Of a stretch of 64,000 nucleotides of DNA, positions 29,328 through 38,652 are shown piece by piece. This DNA comes from a virus (lineage: Duplodnaviria; Heunggongvirae; Uroviricota; Caudoviricetes): the IMG/VR virus record IMGVR_UViG_2675903433_000022, one strand, 5' to 3'. The position numbers and the translations under genes were made by a program. The notes under the pieces were generated by a model, which saw only the letters and a list, made by a program, of their open reading frames with translations, made no database searches and had not been told where the DNA came from. How positions within the stretch are numbered: position 1 is the first letter of the stretch; each line of letters opens with the position of its first letter.

Positions 29328-31013
29328 ATGAATACAGCCCTTTCCATCATCGACGATGCCAGCTCAAACACGGCTATCGACTATCGTCAGGAAATGAATG
29401 TCATCCACGAAATCGTGGCCGAGTGCGAGAAAGAGATCGCCTTCATGTATCAGGTACACGACTTCGTTTATGGCGACGAACGCCACAACATGATTAATCG
29501 CCTGCTGAGACTAAACCATCGACCAGATGAAGATCGCTCGCGTTTAAATCGAGGTTGGTTGGATAAAGTCGATCTGGAATGGGTGAAACAGAATATTTGG
29601 GCCGAGTACTGGAGGAAGGTCACGGACATGACTAACGTTTTGCTGATCATGCCAGCTTCCCGTCGAGATGAGTGGCGCGAGCAGTTTATAGAGGGCAAAC
29701 AGGAAGTCATCAAAACTGACAGAACCGGCTACCAGATGAAGGTTAAAGAGTTCGTTGGTGTACCGGAGTTCAAAGCAGAAACGGTCATACCCACGATGCT
29801 TAATTTGCTGAATGACAGGCACAAATATCTCTCTGAGCGCGTGTATGGCTTGTTTAAGGCGCTGAGTCCTGCGCACAAGACAAATAAGACAAACGGTTTC
29901 AGCGAGCGGCTGATAATCGCTGACTGCATTTCTGATTTCTGGCGGGACAGCGTTAGCGTGAACTATCGCAAAGAGGACTACATCGACGATCTGCGTGTCT
30001 TGCTTCATTTCTTCGCGCACAAAGAATTTATTACCATCAACCGTACTGCTGAGGTGCTATCAGCTGCGTATCGGGCAAACGACTGCCAGACCGGTGACTG
30101 GATGAACGTCGATGGAAATCTGATGCGCGTGAAGATGTTCAAGAACGGCAACGTTCACTTTGAAATACATCCTGACGTGGCCTGGAAGTTGAATGAGGTG
30201 CTGGCTTACAGTATGCCTGCTGCAATTCCCGCGCCATGCCGAACTGCGCCAAAAACACGGGCACCAAAGCAGTTCGGGTTAATCCAGAAGACGATCTCCG
30301 TGCCGGTTCGCACTGCGCTTCGTGACGGGCGATTGAGCAAAGACAAAGGCGTATGGTACTTCTCTGATTCAGCTCTCCAGAAGTCGCAGGTGGAAGAGCT
30401 TGAGCGCACACTGAGCTTCATTGGCGGCGTGCAGGAGAAAAAGCACTGGCAGTTCCCGTATGAGATCGGCCATACGCTAAATACGATTGTGGCTACCGGT
30501 TTAATACCGGATACAAAATCACACCAGTTCTACCCTACCCCACGCTTGATTGCTGAGTACGTTGCCAGAGCCACTGAATTGAAGCCTGGTGAGAAGCTGC
30601 TGGAGCCTCAAGCCGGACGTGGGGATCTTCTGGCCTATATTAACGCCGATCTGGAAGATGTTACCTGCATAGAAATCGCACCTCTCTTCGCTGATATCCT
30701 GCGTGGAAAAGGGTATACGAACACGATTTGCTGCGACTTCATAAAGTGGTCTGAGGACAACGCAGGTTATCAGTTCGACAAAATCGTTATGAACCCGCCG
30801 TACTCGCTTGGTCGTCATAGAGAGCACACGCTGGCTGCGCTGGGGCATCTGAAAGTCGGCGGGCGTCTTGTAGCAGTATTGCCGGGCACTGCGCCAATAC
30901 TGGACTGGATGACGATGGATAATTACGTTTATGCCAGAGGGAAGTCGTTTACCAACGAGTTTGAAGATACCGGGATCACAGTCAGCGTATACGTTTTCAA
31001 ACGCGTTAAATGA
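29328..31013 (+). CDS. two-domain DNA methyltransferase (amino-methyltransferase, NPPY type) with N-terminal domain of unknown function
   Basis: Track ORF 29310..31013, ATG 29328; C-terminal SAM-binding LEPQAGRGDL and catalytic VMNPPYS. Confidence 0.7.
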   Translation: MNTALSIIDDASSNTAIDYRQEMNVIHEIVAECEKEIAFMYQVHDFVYGDERHNMINRLLRLNHRPDEDRSRLNRGWLDKVDLEWVKQNIWAEYWRKVTDMTNVLLIMPASRRDEWREQFIEGKQEVIKTDRTGYQMKVKEFVGVPEFKAETVIPTMLNLLNDRHKYLSERVYGLFKALSPAHKTNKTNGFSERLIIADCISDFWRDSVSVNYRKEDYIDDLRVLLHFFAHKEFITINRTAEVLSAAYRANDCQTGDWMNVDGNLMRVKMFKNGNVHFEIHPDVAWKLNEVLAYSMPAAIPAPCRTAPKTRAPKQFGLIQKTISVPVRTALRDGRLSKDKGVWYFSDSALQKSQVEELERTLSFIGGVQEKKHWQFPYEIGHTLNTIVATGLIPDTKSHQFYPTPRLIAEYVARATELKPGEKLLEPQAGRGDLLAYINADLEDVTCIEIAPLFADILRGKGYTNTICCDFIKWSEDNAGYQFDKIVMNPPYSLGRHREHTLAALGHLKVGGRLVAVLPGTAPILDWMTMDNYVYARGKSFTNEFEDTGITVSVYVFKRVK

Positions 31014-31074
31014 TAGGTAAATACTTACTTAATTTGTGTAAGAATGTAGTAACTAAACGATAAGAGAAAAACAC

Positions 31075-31779
31075 ATGAACAACCTCCAGTTAGAGCATTT
31101 TAACGTCACAGGCCATTCTGATTTTCCTTTCAAGTTTACATTGAAAGGTTATGCAGAGGATGCGGTAGGCCAGATCATTATTGATAAAGGCATCGTTAAG
31201 TTTGAGGGGAATTTTGATGAATCCGCGAAAACATTCATAGACTTCGTTGCCAAACGTTGGAGCGAGCAATGGAAAGACCTGGAAAAGCGCGCTAGTGAGT
31301 TTGATCGGTTCATGGATGCAATGGATACAGCAAAAGAGGCTCTTGCTGCCGGGACTCCGTTAGATCTGGAGTCACTTTTCAACGGCGAAGTGGCCTCTGC
31401 GATGTTCGCCACCATGTTCGCGGGTGAGTTCGCCCGCAGCGGTGCCAAAAACTACCTTGAGCTGGATTACAACGTCCCGGAAATTGGCGATTTCGTCGTT
31501 ACCATCCAACGCAAAGAAGGTAAGACGCCAGGTGAACGCGTCGCAGAACTTGAGGCCGTTGTGGATCAGCGTAACGGAGAGTGTGACCGTTTGGTCAACG
31601 AGCTTCATGCACTTCGGGAAGAAAGAATATGCGCGGGTAGCAATACACGTAATGCAGCGGATATCTACTTCCAGTTAGTCGAGGAATGCCAAATTCCACC
31701 AGGTGGCTCTCTTGTCGATTACGTCAGACATTTAATGGCGGAAGTTAACTCCAGCCATAAAGATGGTGAGGTGCGCTGA
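31075..31779 (+). CDS. hypothetical protein
   Basis: Track ORF 234 aa; conserved initiation context. Confidence 0.55.
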   Translation: MNNLQLEHFNVTGHSDFPFKFTLKGYAEDAVGQIIIDKGIVKFEGNFDESAKTFIDFVAKRWSEQWKDLEKRASEFDRFMDAMDTAKEALAAGTPLDLESLFNGEVASAMFATMFAGEFARSGAKNYLELDYNVPEIGDFVVTIQRKEGKTPGERVAELEAVVDQRNGECDRLVNELHALREERICAGSNTRNAADIYFQLVEECQIPPGGSLVDYVRHLMAEVNSSHKDGEVR

Positions 31780-32159
31780 TGTTTGGCATTGATACACAGC
31801 GTATAGCAGCTTTTGCAAAAAGCCCTCTTGATAATCCCTTGTCTCGTAGTGAGCAAATGGAGCTGGCAAGGCTTTTTCTTCATATTCAAAAACAGGCAGA
31901 CATTTTCAATAACATGCCTAATCAACCTATTCTGGATGGTCACATCCAGATGGTCATTAACAGTCATGAGAAAGGCTGGGCTGCAATCGTCCCCTGCACA
32001 ATTACATACAAGTTGGCGAAAGAGGTTCAAGAGTTTCGAAAAGTCAGTGTCGAATCAGAGTCTACCAAAGCCGCAATAAACACTCTTATTCGCATGGGGT
32101 TCACATGGGACGGTGGAGCTTACTGGCAAGCACCTCAACCCATTTTATCCGGCAATTAG
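31779..32159 (+). CDS. hypothetical protein
   Basis: Track ORF 126 aa; start overlaps the upstream stop. Confidence 0.5.
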   Translation: MFGIDTQRIAAFAKSPLDNPLSRSEQMELARLFLHIQKQADIFNNMPNQPILDGHIQMVINSHEKGWAAIVPCTITYKLAKEVQEFRKVSVESESTKAAINTLIRMGFTWDGGAYWQAPQPILSGN

Positions 32160-32189
32160 GCGCTACAAATCCTTCTGCATGAATAAATA

Positions 32190-32210
32190 AAGGCCATAAC
32201 TTATGGCCTT
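32190..32210 (+). terminator. stem-loop terminator (AAGGCC..GGCCTT family)
   Basis: AAGGCCATAACTTATGGCCTT; same stem family at ~37432 and ~46573. Confidence 0.5.
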
Positions 32211-32297
32211 AAATAAATTGTTTTCTACCTTTTCTTATTTGTGAAAATAAACCAGCACTTGGTAGTGCTTATGTAACAGCAAAGAAGAGAAAAACAC

Positions 32298-32747
32298 ATG
32301 AGTAACAAAATCGAAAACCCCGTAGTTCTCATTCACAAGCGTGAGAACCACGACTCCTATGCCGTGACGATCACCAATGGGAGTCACGATTTTTACGATG
32401 GTCTGCTAATGGCCTCAGTGTCGCCTGATGAGGCAGACAACTCTTTTGCCGTCTTCGCTATGGTTGGTTACTACATGGCTGCCGAAATTGAGAAGTTGCG
32501 GGCGCAGAGAGAAGCATTAGCGGCGGAGAATGCAGCCCTGAAAGAATCTGAGCGAGCATTCGATGCGATGTGTGCCGAGGAACACGGAGATAATTGGGTT
32601 AGCGAATTAACGGAAGCCCCTGCTACCGACGCTTTTCTGGCTGAGATACGAGCGCAGGGCGTGGAGATGTTTGCTGAGTGCGCATACACACTTGAACATC
32701 ATGATCACGCAGTAGCCTTCGCCGCTGAGCTTCGCAAAGGAGCATGA
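32298..32747 (+). CDS. hypothetical protein
   Basis: Track ORF 149 aa. Confidence 0.55.
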   Translation: MSNKIENPVVLIHKRENHDSYAVTITNGSHDFYDGLLMASVSPDEADNSFAVFAMVGYYMAAEIEKLRAQREALAAENAALKESERAFDAMCAEEHGDNWVSELTEAPATDAFLAEIRAQGVEMFAECAYTLEHHDHAVAFAAELRKGA

Positions 32748-32748
32748 T

Positions 32749-32994
32749 ATGGCAACCAATAAAACGTTAGAAGCCGCCAACTTATGGCAGATTGAGCGTG
32801 CAAGGTTTGAAGCGGAACACCCGGATTTGCGAATAATGCTTAACCGTGTCGAAGAGCAACTGCATTGCAATATTATGGCGTCGGTCATCATGCTTAATGA
32901 CCTTTCTTATACCGTTCGAGAAGTTAAGCGCAAAGCTAACGCGAAAGAAGTAAATAGCTCACCGAATACAAATGGTGATGTGAAATGCAGATAG
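32749..32994 (+). CDS. hypothetical protein
   Basis: Track ORF 81 aa, 1 bp after the upstream stop. Confidence 0.5.
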   Translation: MATNKTLEAANLWQIERARFEAEHPDLRIMLNRVEEQLHCNIMASVIMLNDLSYTVREVKRKANAKEVNSSPNTNGDVKCR

Positions 32995-33336
32995 TGTTCT
33001 TCGGCTTGCTTCCACACCCAATTCGCCTTTGGGCGTCAACATCACTCATAAAGCCGCATGTCTTTTCTGATGGAACCGGTATTCCTGCATCAAAGCGTCG
33101 TACCGGTATCGCGGCGGCACGGCGTGCAGCAAGGAAACGCAGGAGAGCAAAACGATGAAAAACCGTAAAGCAAAGATTCTATTAGTTCGTAGAAACGACC
33201 CTCGAGTCTTGCAATGGACAAGAATCAGCAACAGGAGAACGGGATTGTTCACTCATGTTGGTCAGATTATGCACTCATTTCGGGATGGTGGATTTTGGTT
33301 AAATCATGATCGTGTCGAAAATTAAGGTGAAAGAAG

Positions 33337-33660
33337 ATGACCACATCGCATTCTGCTATTACCCAGGAAAAAGCCTTCCACATACTCGAACGATTAGAGG
33401 CGCTTGCTACGGAGGAAGATATATCACTGGAGAAACTGGTTGAGTTCAGCCGTGTGATATTGCGTCGCAAGAACGATATGGAGCGACTGACATCTGGCGC
33501 TCAATCCTTATCAGTCAGGCGAACACTTTGTTGCAGCTTCTGCAACAAATCCCAGTACGCCGTCAAAAAGTTAATTGCTGGGGACGCCGTTTTCATCTGC
33601 GACGAGTGTGTGGATGTGTGCAACAGAATTATCCGGGGAGAGAAAGAGGGATCAGCATGA
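33337..33660 (+). CDS. protein with C-terminal ClpX-type C4 zinc-binding domain (ZBD) look-alike
   Basis: [34 protein letters not shown] closely parallels the ClpX N-terminal ZBD [34 protein letters not shown]; no AAA+ domain follows. Confidence 0.6.
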   Translation: MTTSHSAITQEKAFHILERLEALATEEDISLEKLVEFSRVILRRKNDMERLTSGAQSLSVRRTLCCSFCNKSQYAVKKLIAGDAVFICDECVDVCNRIIRGEKEGSA

Positions 33661-34178
33661 AATTTTCCAAATTTTCTGAGTTGGTGAATCGTATTTTGTC
33701 CAACAACCACAGCCATCGTCGCGATATGGATGTAACGATCGTTGTTCATTCGCCTGGTCGCATCGGTTCAACACCATCAGTTGAGGTTCAGTCAATTCAG
33801 GCGGGTTTTGATTGGGATGCCGGGAAAGTGATGATTTTTCCAGCACAGCCACTGACCACGCTAACACCGGAGCAGGTTGCTGATATTACTGAAAGTGTGC
33901 ACAAAGGCCAGTCATGGCACGCGTATCAGGAATACAAGAAGCATAAAGAGCAGTTGGAAAAATTGTCGATGGAGTTGGAAGCCGCTAAACAGAGGGAAAA
34001 AGATCTGTTTATGGAAAATGTTCGACTTAAGTCAGGTATAGCCGGTCTGATACACCTCGGTATTCGATATGCGGATGTTGAGGTCATGAAAATTGCTGGA
34101 GATGCCCAGCTTTCTACTCCATGCACTGACAGCATCATAAACAGCATTGCAACAGGCATTCGCATTACAGCAGAGTGA
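33657..34178 (+). CDS. hypothetical protein
   Basis: Track ORF 33528..34178, ATG 33657 overlapping the upstream stop. Confidence 0.5.
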   Translation: MKFSKFSELVNRILSNNHSHRRDMDVTIVVHSPGRIGSTPSVEVQSIQAGFDWDAGKVMIFPAQPLTTLTPEQVADITESVHKGQSWHAYQEYKKHKEQLEKLSMELEAAKQREKDLFMENVRLKSGIAGLIHLGIRYADVEVMKIAGDAQLSTPCTDSIINSIATGIRITAE

Positions 34179-34381
34179 GTGATATGGATAAAAATACCCC
34201 TGCTTACTGGAGTTTATCACTTGATACCGAATGCCCAAAATGCGGTCACAATTTCGATCTGCTTTGTGATGCTGATTTTTGGGAGTTTTCTGGAGCGAAA
34301 CAGGCGTGTGAAGAAATAGAAGGTTACGAAACATGCTGTCCAGAATGCAACCATGAATTTAAAACAGATTTTGTGTATTGA
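34175..34381 (+). CDS. small zinc-ribbon protein (CxxC...CxxC)
   Basis: 68 aa with CPKCGH and CCPECNH pairs. Confidence 0.5.
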   Translation: MSDMDKNTPAYWSLSLDTECPKCGHNFDLLCDADFWEFSGAKQACEEIEGYETCCPECNHEFKTDFVY

Positions 34382-34391
34382 AGCATAGCAA

Positions 34392-34913
34392 ATGACCACC
34401 TTTACCAAAGAACAACTAATTGATCATATTAATGATCGCAAAGATGTCCGTCAGAGAATGTTGGATACCGCAACGATTTCTTCTGGATTCCGAGAATATC
34501 TTGAAAGAGAGCTTGCCACCGATCAGATTGCCCTAGCGTCGCTGGAAGCTGAACCTGTTCTGTATCAGTCCTGCACTCGCCCCACTTGGAATAGCGGTGT
34601 TCCGTGGACGGAATGGAAAGAACGTAGTCGTGAGGGCTACGAAAACGATTTGCGCTTTACAGACACGCCTGACCATGCCGGTTGGATAAACAAATGTCGA
34701 AAACTATATACCACTCCGCCAGCGTCACTGCTACCTGACGGACTGGTTAAAGCCGTGCGCTTCTATGAACAGGTTAAGCGTGAAAATCCGCCAGTCGAAA
34801 CCGGAGCATGGAAAGACGCGGTTGACTGGGTGCTTAAAGAGGCTTTCCAGGCTGTATCAGTGTTGGAAAGCAGTAGAGAACACGAAGTTATTAGCCAGCA
34901 GGAGAAGGCATGA
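34392..34913 (+). CDS. hypothetical protein (N-terminus paralogous to 35108 gene)
   Basis: Shares N-terminal MTTFTKEQLI with the gene at 35108. Confidence 0.5.
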   Translation: MTTFTKEQLIDHINDRKDVRQRMLDTATISSGFREYLERELATDQIALASLEAEPVLYQSCTRPTWNSGVPWTEWKERSREGYENDLRFTDTPDHAGWINKCRKLYTTPPASLLPDGLVKAVRFYEQVKRENPPVETGAWKDAVDWVLKEAFQAVSVLESSREHEVISQQEKA

Positions 34914-35098
34914 GACAACTTTACACCATTGTTATCGCATTTGTTTTTGGTTTTGGCGGCATTTGCGTCGGTGAGAGTGCTGGCTATAACCGTGGATTAA
35001 GTGAAGGAGTTGCTATCAGCAAGGGGGATAAGTGGGATTGTGCTTACTCATACGTGACTGGATTCCTTATGTGTGATCGAACCCCAAAATATAAGTAG
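34910..35098 (+). CDS. small membrane protein
   Basis: 62 aa, hydrophobic N-terminal segment. Confidence 0.4.
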   Translation: MRQLYTIVIAFVFGFGGICVGESAGYNRGLSEGVAISKGDKWDCAYSYVTGFLMCDRTPKYK

Positions 35099-35107
35099 AG
35101 GCTATCA

Positions 35108-35812
35108 ATGACCACCTTTACCAAAGAACAGTTAATCTCCCATGCACGCGAAAGCGTTAGTTATCTGGAAAACTTGAAAGGACGTGTTAGCAAAGAAGGT
35201 GCGGACTGCAAAGTTGTTATTGAGATGGTTGCACGAGATCTAAAACTGGCTCGAATTGCACTGACCTCACTTGAGACAAAACCAATAGGTGCATTCCACA
35301 TTGCAGAACAGCAAGTTGACGGTACAAGTGACTACATCAAGGATGGAGAGTGGCCTATTGATAATGGGACAATTGAAGTATACGCCGCCCCTCCAGTGCC
35401 AGTAGTACCGGAAGAAAAACCAATGCCTAATCCTCTTAGCATGTACGCGGTTGATGCTGTTGCCGCTATTGCAGAGGTGAGAGGCTGGAACGCCTGTCGT
35501 GCCGCTATGCTTCAGAGTCAAGATAATTGCATTAAGGATGGTTGGATAAGCTGTAGTGAGCGAATGCCTGTAATCGGCGAGCTAAATTGGAGAACTGGTT
35601 TTCCTTTGCTGATTACGTGTGAGATCGGCGTTATACCAGCTTATTACGGCTTTGTGAGCGTTAATGGGGATAAGCATTATGGTTTTATGGAAAGTTTTAA
35701 ATACGGAGACGATCGCGGCGGCCATCCTAAAACTAATGAATATGGTCTGATTAGCAATGTCACACACTGGATGCCGCTACCAGAACCTCCGCAGGAGTCG
35801 AAGAGTGAATAA
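35108..35812 (+). CDS. hypothetical protein (paralog of 34392 gene at N-terminus)
   Basis: N-terminal MTTFTKEQLI; C-terminal Trp/Pro-rich tail THWMPLPEPP. Confidence 0.5.
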   Translation: MTTFTKEQLISHARESVSYLENLKGRVSKEGADCKVVIEMVARDLKLARIALTSLETKPIGAFHIAEQQVDGTSDYIKDGEWPIDNGTIEVYAAPPVPVVPEEKPMPNPLSMYAVDAVAAIAEVRGWNACRAAMLQSQDNCIKDGWISCSERMPVIGELNWRTGFPLLITCEIGVIPAYYGFVSVNGDKHYGFMESFKYGDDRGGHPKTNEYGLISNVTHWMPLPEPPQESKSE

Positions 35813-36026
35813 AGCAGAGTTATTTCAGAAAATATCGGCTCTCGCGACTGAATGCCACGCTATAGCATCTGAGCTTGATGTTGGCGATGAACGAACCGAG
35901 ATGTTCGAAATATACAGTGTGCTGCGCAATCTCTGTCGGCGTGGCTACGCCACTCAAGTAGGGCGAATGACTAACCCACTACTCTCATCCTGTGATGAGG
36001 ATGACTCGGATGAGGATGACGAATGA
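35757..36026 (+). CDS. hypothetical protein with acidic tail (start uncertain)
   Basis: Track ORF 89 aa overlapping the upstream gene; possible internal GTG start near 35803. Confidence 0.4.
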   Translation: MSHTGCRYQNLRRSRRVNKAELFQKISALATECHAIASELDVGDERTEMFEIYSVLRNLCRRGYATQVGRMTNPLLSSCDEDDSDEDDE

Positions 36027-36877
36027 TGCATAAATCAGTAGCCGGTGAGTTTCAGAAGGAAGTCGATAATACTACCGTTCTATTGGACGATATTTTAAGC
36101 ATTCTCGCGCTGCTTGAGGCTGGCGATTGGTCAGAACATTGCACTAAAACAGAGCTAGGCGGTCGGCTTGAAAGAGAGATTACACGACTTATTGGTGATG
36201 CGCAGGAAGCTACAGTCACTAGTTATGAGTTAATCGCTGAAGCCTGGCGTTTGATGGATGGACAAGATCCTAAAACCAGCGATTGGCATAGCAAGGCTTC
36301 GAAGTATTTAAATTCCAATAGGGTAGAAAAAGTTGATGATGTGAAACCGAAGCCAGTAGATCACGGTTTCCGCGATAACTGCGAATGCTCTAGTTGCCAG
36401 ACCACGGCCCGTATTTGTTCCGAATTGACAGATAAGTCCAGCCTAATCTACGAAGTTAATGTAGGCGGTAATACATGGGTCGAATGCACAAGAGCTGCAT
36501 ACGTAAGAGCAAAAGACAAGGGTGAATTAACCAGAGTTGTTACCCATCACCCAAATAATGAGCTTAAAGATCACCAGATTCGAGAACTAGTGAACGAGTT
36601 GCGGGATATTGCGGTTACGTATCACGGAACGCAGCAATTGCGGGAGAAAATTGCCAGAGCAGTGAACAACTCGCTCAAAGGTGGACAATCCCAACCGAAA
36701 CGTATACGAATTACACATATAGGTGAAAACGGAACAGAAATCCCCCAATTTTCTGTTGGGGACATCTTTGATGTACATGGAGAAGAGTTTGGTGAGCCTC
36801 ACATCACTATGCCTAGTGGCCATGTTTACTGGCTAAGAGCTATGGAGAAATATGGTGATAAATGGGAAGTGTTATGA
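36023..36877 (+). CDS. hypothetical protein
   Basis: Track ORF 284 aa. Confidence 0.55.
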   Translation: MMHKSVAGEFQKEVDNTTVLLDDILSILALLEAGDWSEHCTKTELGGRLEREITRLIGDAQEATVTSYELIAEAWRLMDGQDPKTSDWHSKASKYLNSNRVEKVDDVKPKPVDHGFRDNCECSSCQTTARICSELTDKSSLIYEVNVGGNTWVECTRAAYVRAKDKGELTRVVTHHPNNELKDHQIRELVNELRDIAVTYHGTQQLREKIARAVNNSLKGGQSQPKRIRITHIGENGTEIPQFSVGDIFDVHGEEFGEPHITMPSGHVYWLRAMEKYGDKWEVL

Positions 36878-36890
36878 GGGATGCGAAGTT

Positions 36891-37415
36891 ATGACCAAAT
36901 TTGGAAAGCTGGAAGCTCATTTGCTGACTCGTAACTACCGCCATGATATACACCCATATAGACAGTGGATTGATGAAAGCGAAGGAGTTGTTACATTCCC
37001 TCTATACAGGTTTGATGGGATGTTGGCCGGGTATCAGACATACAGACCAGGCGCTCCTAAGCAGCATAGCAATCCGAAGATGGCCCGGTATTTCACACGA
37101 GCGCACGGCAGACAGCTACTATGGGGTACCTATCTTCCTTTAAAAGATGGACCGATATGGATAACTGAGTCGATTTTTAAAAGTGCAGCAGTGCACAACG
37201 CGGGCGGAAATTCGTGGGCGCTGTTAGGCTCGACTTTCTCAGCAGGATTACGTCGTCAACTGGCAATGCTGCCGTATGACTTTCGTGTAATAGGTGACAA
37301 TGATGCGGCTGGCGAATCACTTGTGAAGTCTTTCGGAAAAGGTTTTGTGGCACCGGATCTTGACGAGCTACAACCACATGAAGTGTCTAATTTGATTTTT
37401 AGCCATAGCCAATAA
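36891..37415 (+). CDS. hypothetical protein
   Basis: Track ORF 36852..37415, ATG 36891 after the upstream stop. Confidence 0.5.
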   Translation: MTKFGKLEAHLLTRNYRHDIHPYRQWIDESEGVVTFPLYRFDGMLAGYQTYRPGAPKQHSNPKMARYFTRAHGRQLLWGTYLPLKDGPIWITESIFKSAAVHNAGGNSWALLGSTFSAGLRRQLAMLPYDFRVIGDNDAAGESLVKSFGKGFVAPDLDELQPHEVSNLIFSHSQ

Positions 37416-37431
37416 GTATCACTTCTCCATT

Positions 37432-37452
37432 AAGGCCACAACTAGTGGCCTT
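37432..37452 (+). terminator. stem-loop terminator (AAGGCC..GGCCTT family)
   Basis: AAGGCCACAACTAGTGGCCTT followed by the TTGTTTTCTAC..GAGAAAAT cassette. Confidence 0.5.
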
Positions 37453-37538
37453 AAACAATTTGTTTTCTACGTTTTCTTATTTGAGAAAATCACGTTGTTG
37501 GCAGCTCATAGGCTTGTTGTTATACATAGCTGTATAGA

Positions 37539-37895
37539 TTATGAGCGTAAATTATTAGCGGATTTTAAGCCATATTCACCGTTATAGTAATTACTCGCGT
37601 TCCATTCATTGGGAAGCTCTTGTCTGTCCAATGTATAGTGGCGCACGATGTAACGACCTGCATCTTCTTCGAGGTACAGGCGGACATAGCCAATGTGAAT
37701 TACCGGTATGGGCGGCGTTCGTATTGCATAGATGTCGCGGAGATATACCGGTAGCTCGACAAATGCATCAGGTGCATCTGTGATGCTCGTTTTTTCACAG
37801 TATTCATATAACGCATCGTTGATATCGTTAAGGGATTCATGATCGTATATTTCCAGGTAATTACCCCGATCGCGATGGTACTCGATTTTAGCCAT
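37539..37895 (-). CDS. hypothetical protein
   Basis: Track ORF 118 aa, minus strand, directly downstream of 37896..38480. Confidence 0.5.
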   Translation of the reverse strand: MAKIEYHRDRGNYLEIYDHESLNDINDALYEYCEKTSITDAPDAFVELPVYLRDIYAIRTPPIPVIHIGYVRLYLEEDAGRYIVRHYTLDRQELPNEWNASNYYNGEYGLKSANNLRS

Positions 37896-38480
37896 TCAAA
37901 ATCCCCTATTATCGTTTTGCATTTCTCTAATCCGGTCCAGAACAACTTCATGTTGGGCTTGGATAGCGGCTTTTTCGTTTTCAAGCCGGGCAATAGACTT
38001 CTCTAATTCTTTGCTGTACCAGGCAAGTTGGGTAAGGTTCATCCGGTTGTGATCGAGAGTTGGCGACACCTCGACGTGATCCCCTTCTTCCTGCCTTAAT
38101 GAGAAGAGATTCATCTCATCCCTTGAGGAAAATTCAGCAACAATTTCTTGTTGATGATCCGGTCGCTGCGGCATCCTTGCCAGTATAAATGGCGGTTCTA
38201 TTGAAAACATGAATGACGGTTTAGACCGTGTTTTGACCCATCTAGCTTGCTGTCTTTCGGCAAGTTCACAGGCTTCATCATAGTTATCTACAAAACCAAG
38301 CACGGATGGACGGTCCCACGCGCCACCATTCAGACAATAAACAACAATTTTCCCGTCAGGTTCTGTAACTCCATAGGGATGGTCCCACCAGGCGTCCAGC
38401 TGGGCTTTGGAGCGTTTCTCGTTAGGAGTGCAGTCAAAATTTTTGGGCAATGCAGGATCGAGAGGAATGCGGGCAGGCAT
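37896..38480 (-). CDS. hypothetical protein
   Basis: Track ORF 194 aa; divergent from the UmuD-like gene across the LexA-box region. Confidence 0.5.
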   Translation of the reverse strand: MPARIPLDPALPKNFDCTPNEKRSKAQLDAWWDHPYGVTEPDGKIVVYCLNGGAWDRPSVLGFVDNYDEACELAERQQARWVKTRSKPSFMFSIEPPFILARMPQRPDHQQEIVAEFSSRDEMNLFSLRQEEGDHVEVSPTLDHNRMNLTQLAWYSKELEKSIARLENEKAAIQAQHEVVLDRIREMQNDNRGF

Positions 38481-38614
38481 GGCTAATTCCTTATTAATTG
38501 ATTAGTAACGAGGTTACGCTGATCCAGCGGTGATGAATAGTAGCAAAGCGCACAAAGTCATCAGAGGGGTTAAGACCCATAACGCGTTTGCACCAAAGGT
38601 GCATCTTTAATGTA

Positions 38615-38634
38615 TACTGTATGGATAAACAGTA
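38615..38634. promoter_or_regulatory. LexA (SOS) box
   Basis: TACTGTATGGATAAACAGTA fits CTGT-N8-ACAG; about 20 bp upstream of the UmuD-like start in a divergent promoter region. Confidence 0.7.
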
Positions 38635-38652
38635 TTTTGAGGTGAAAACGCT

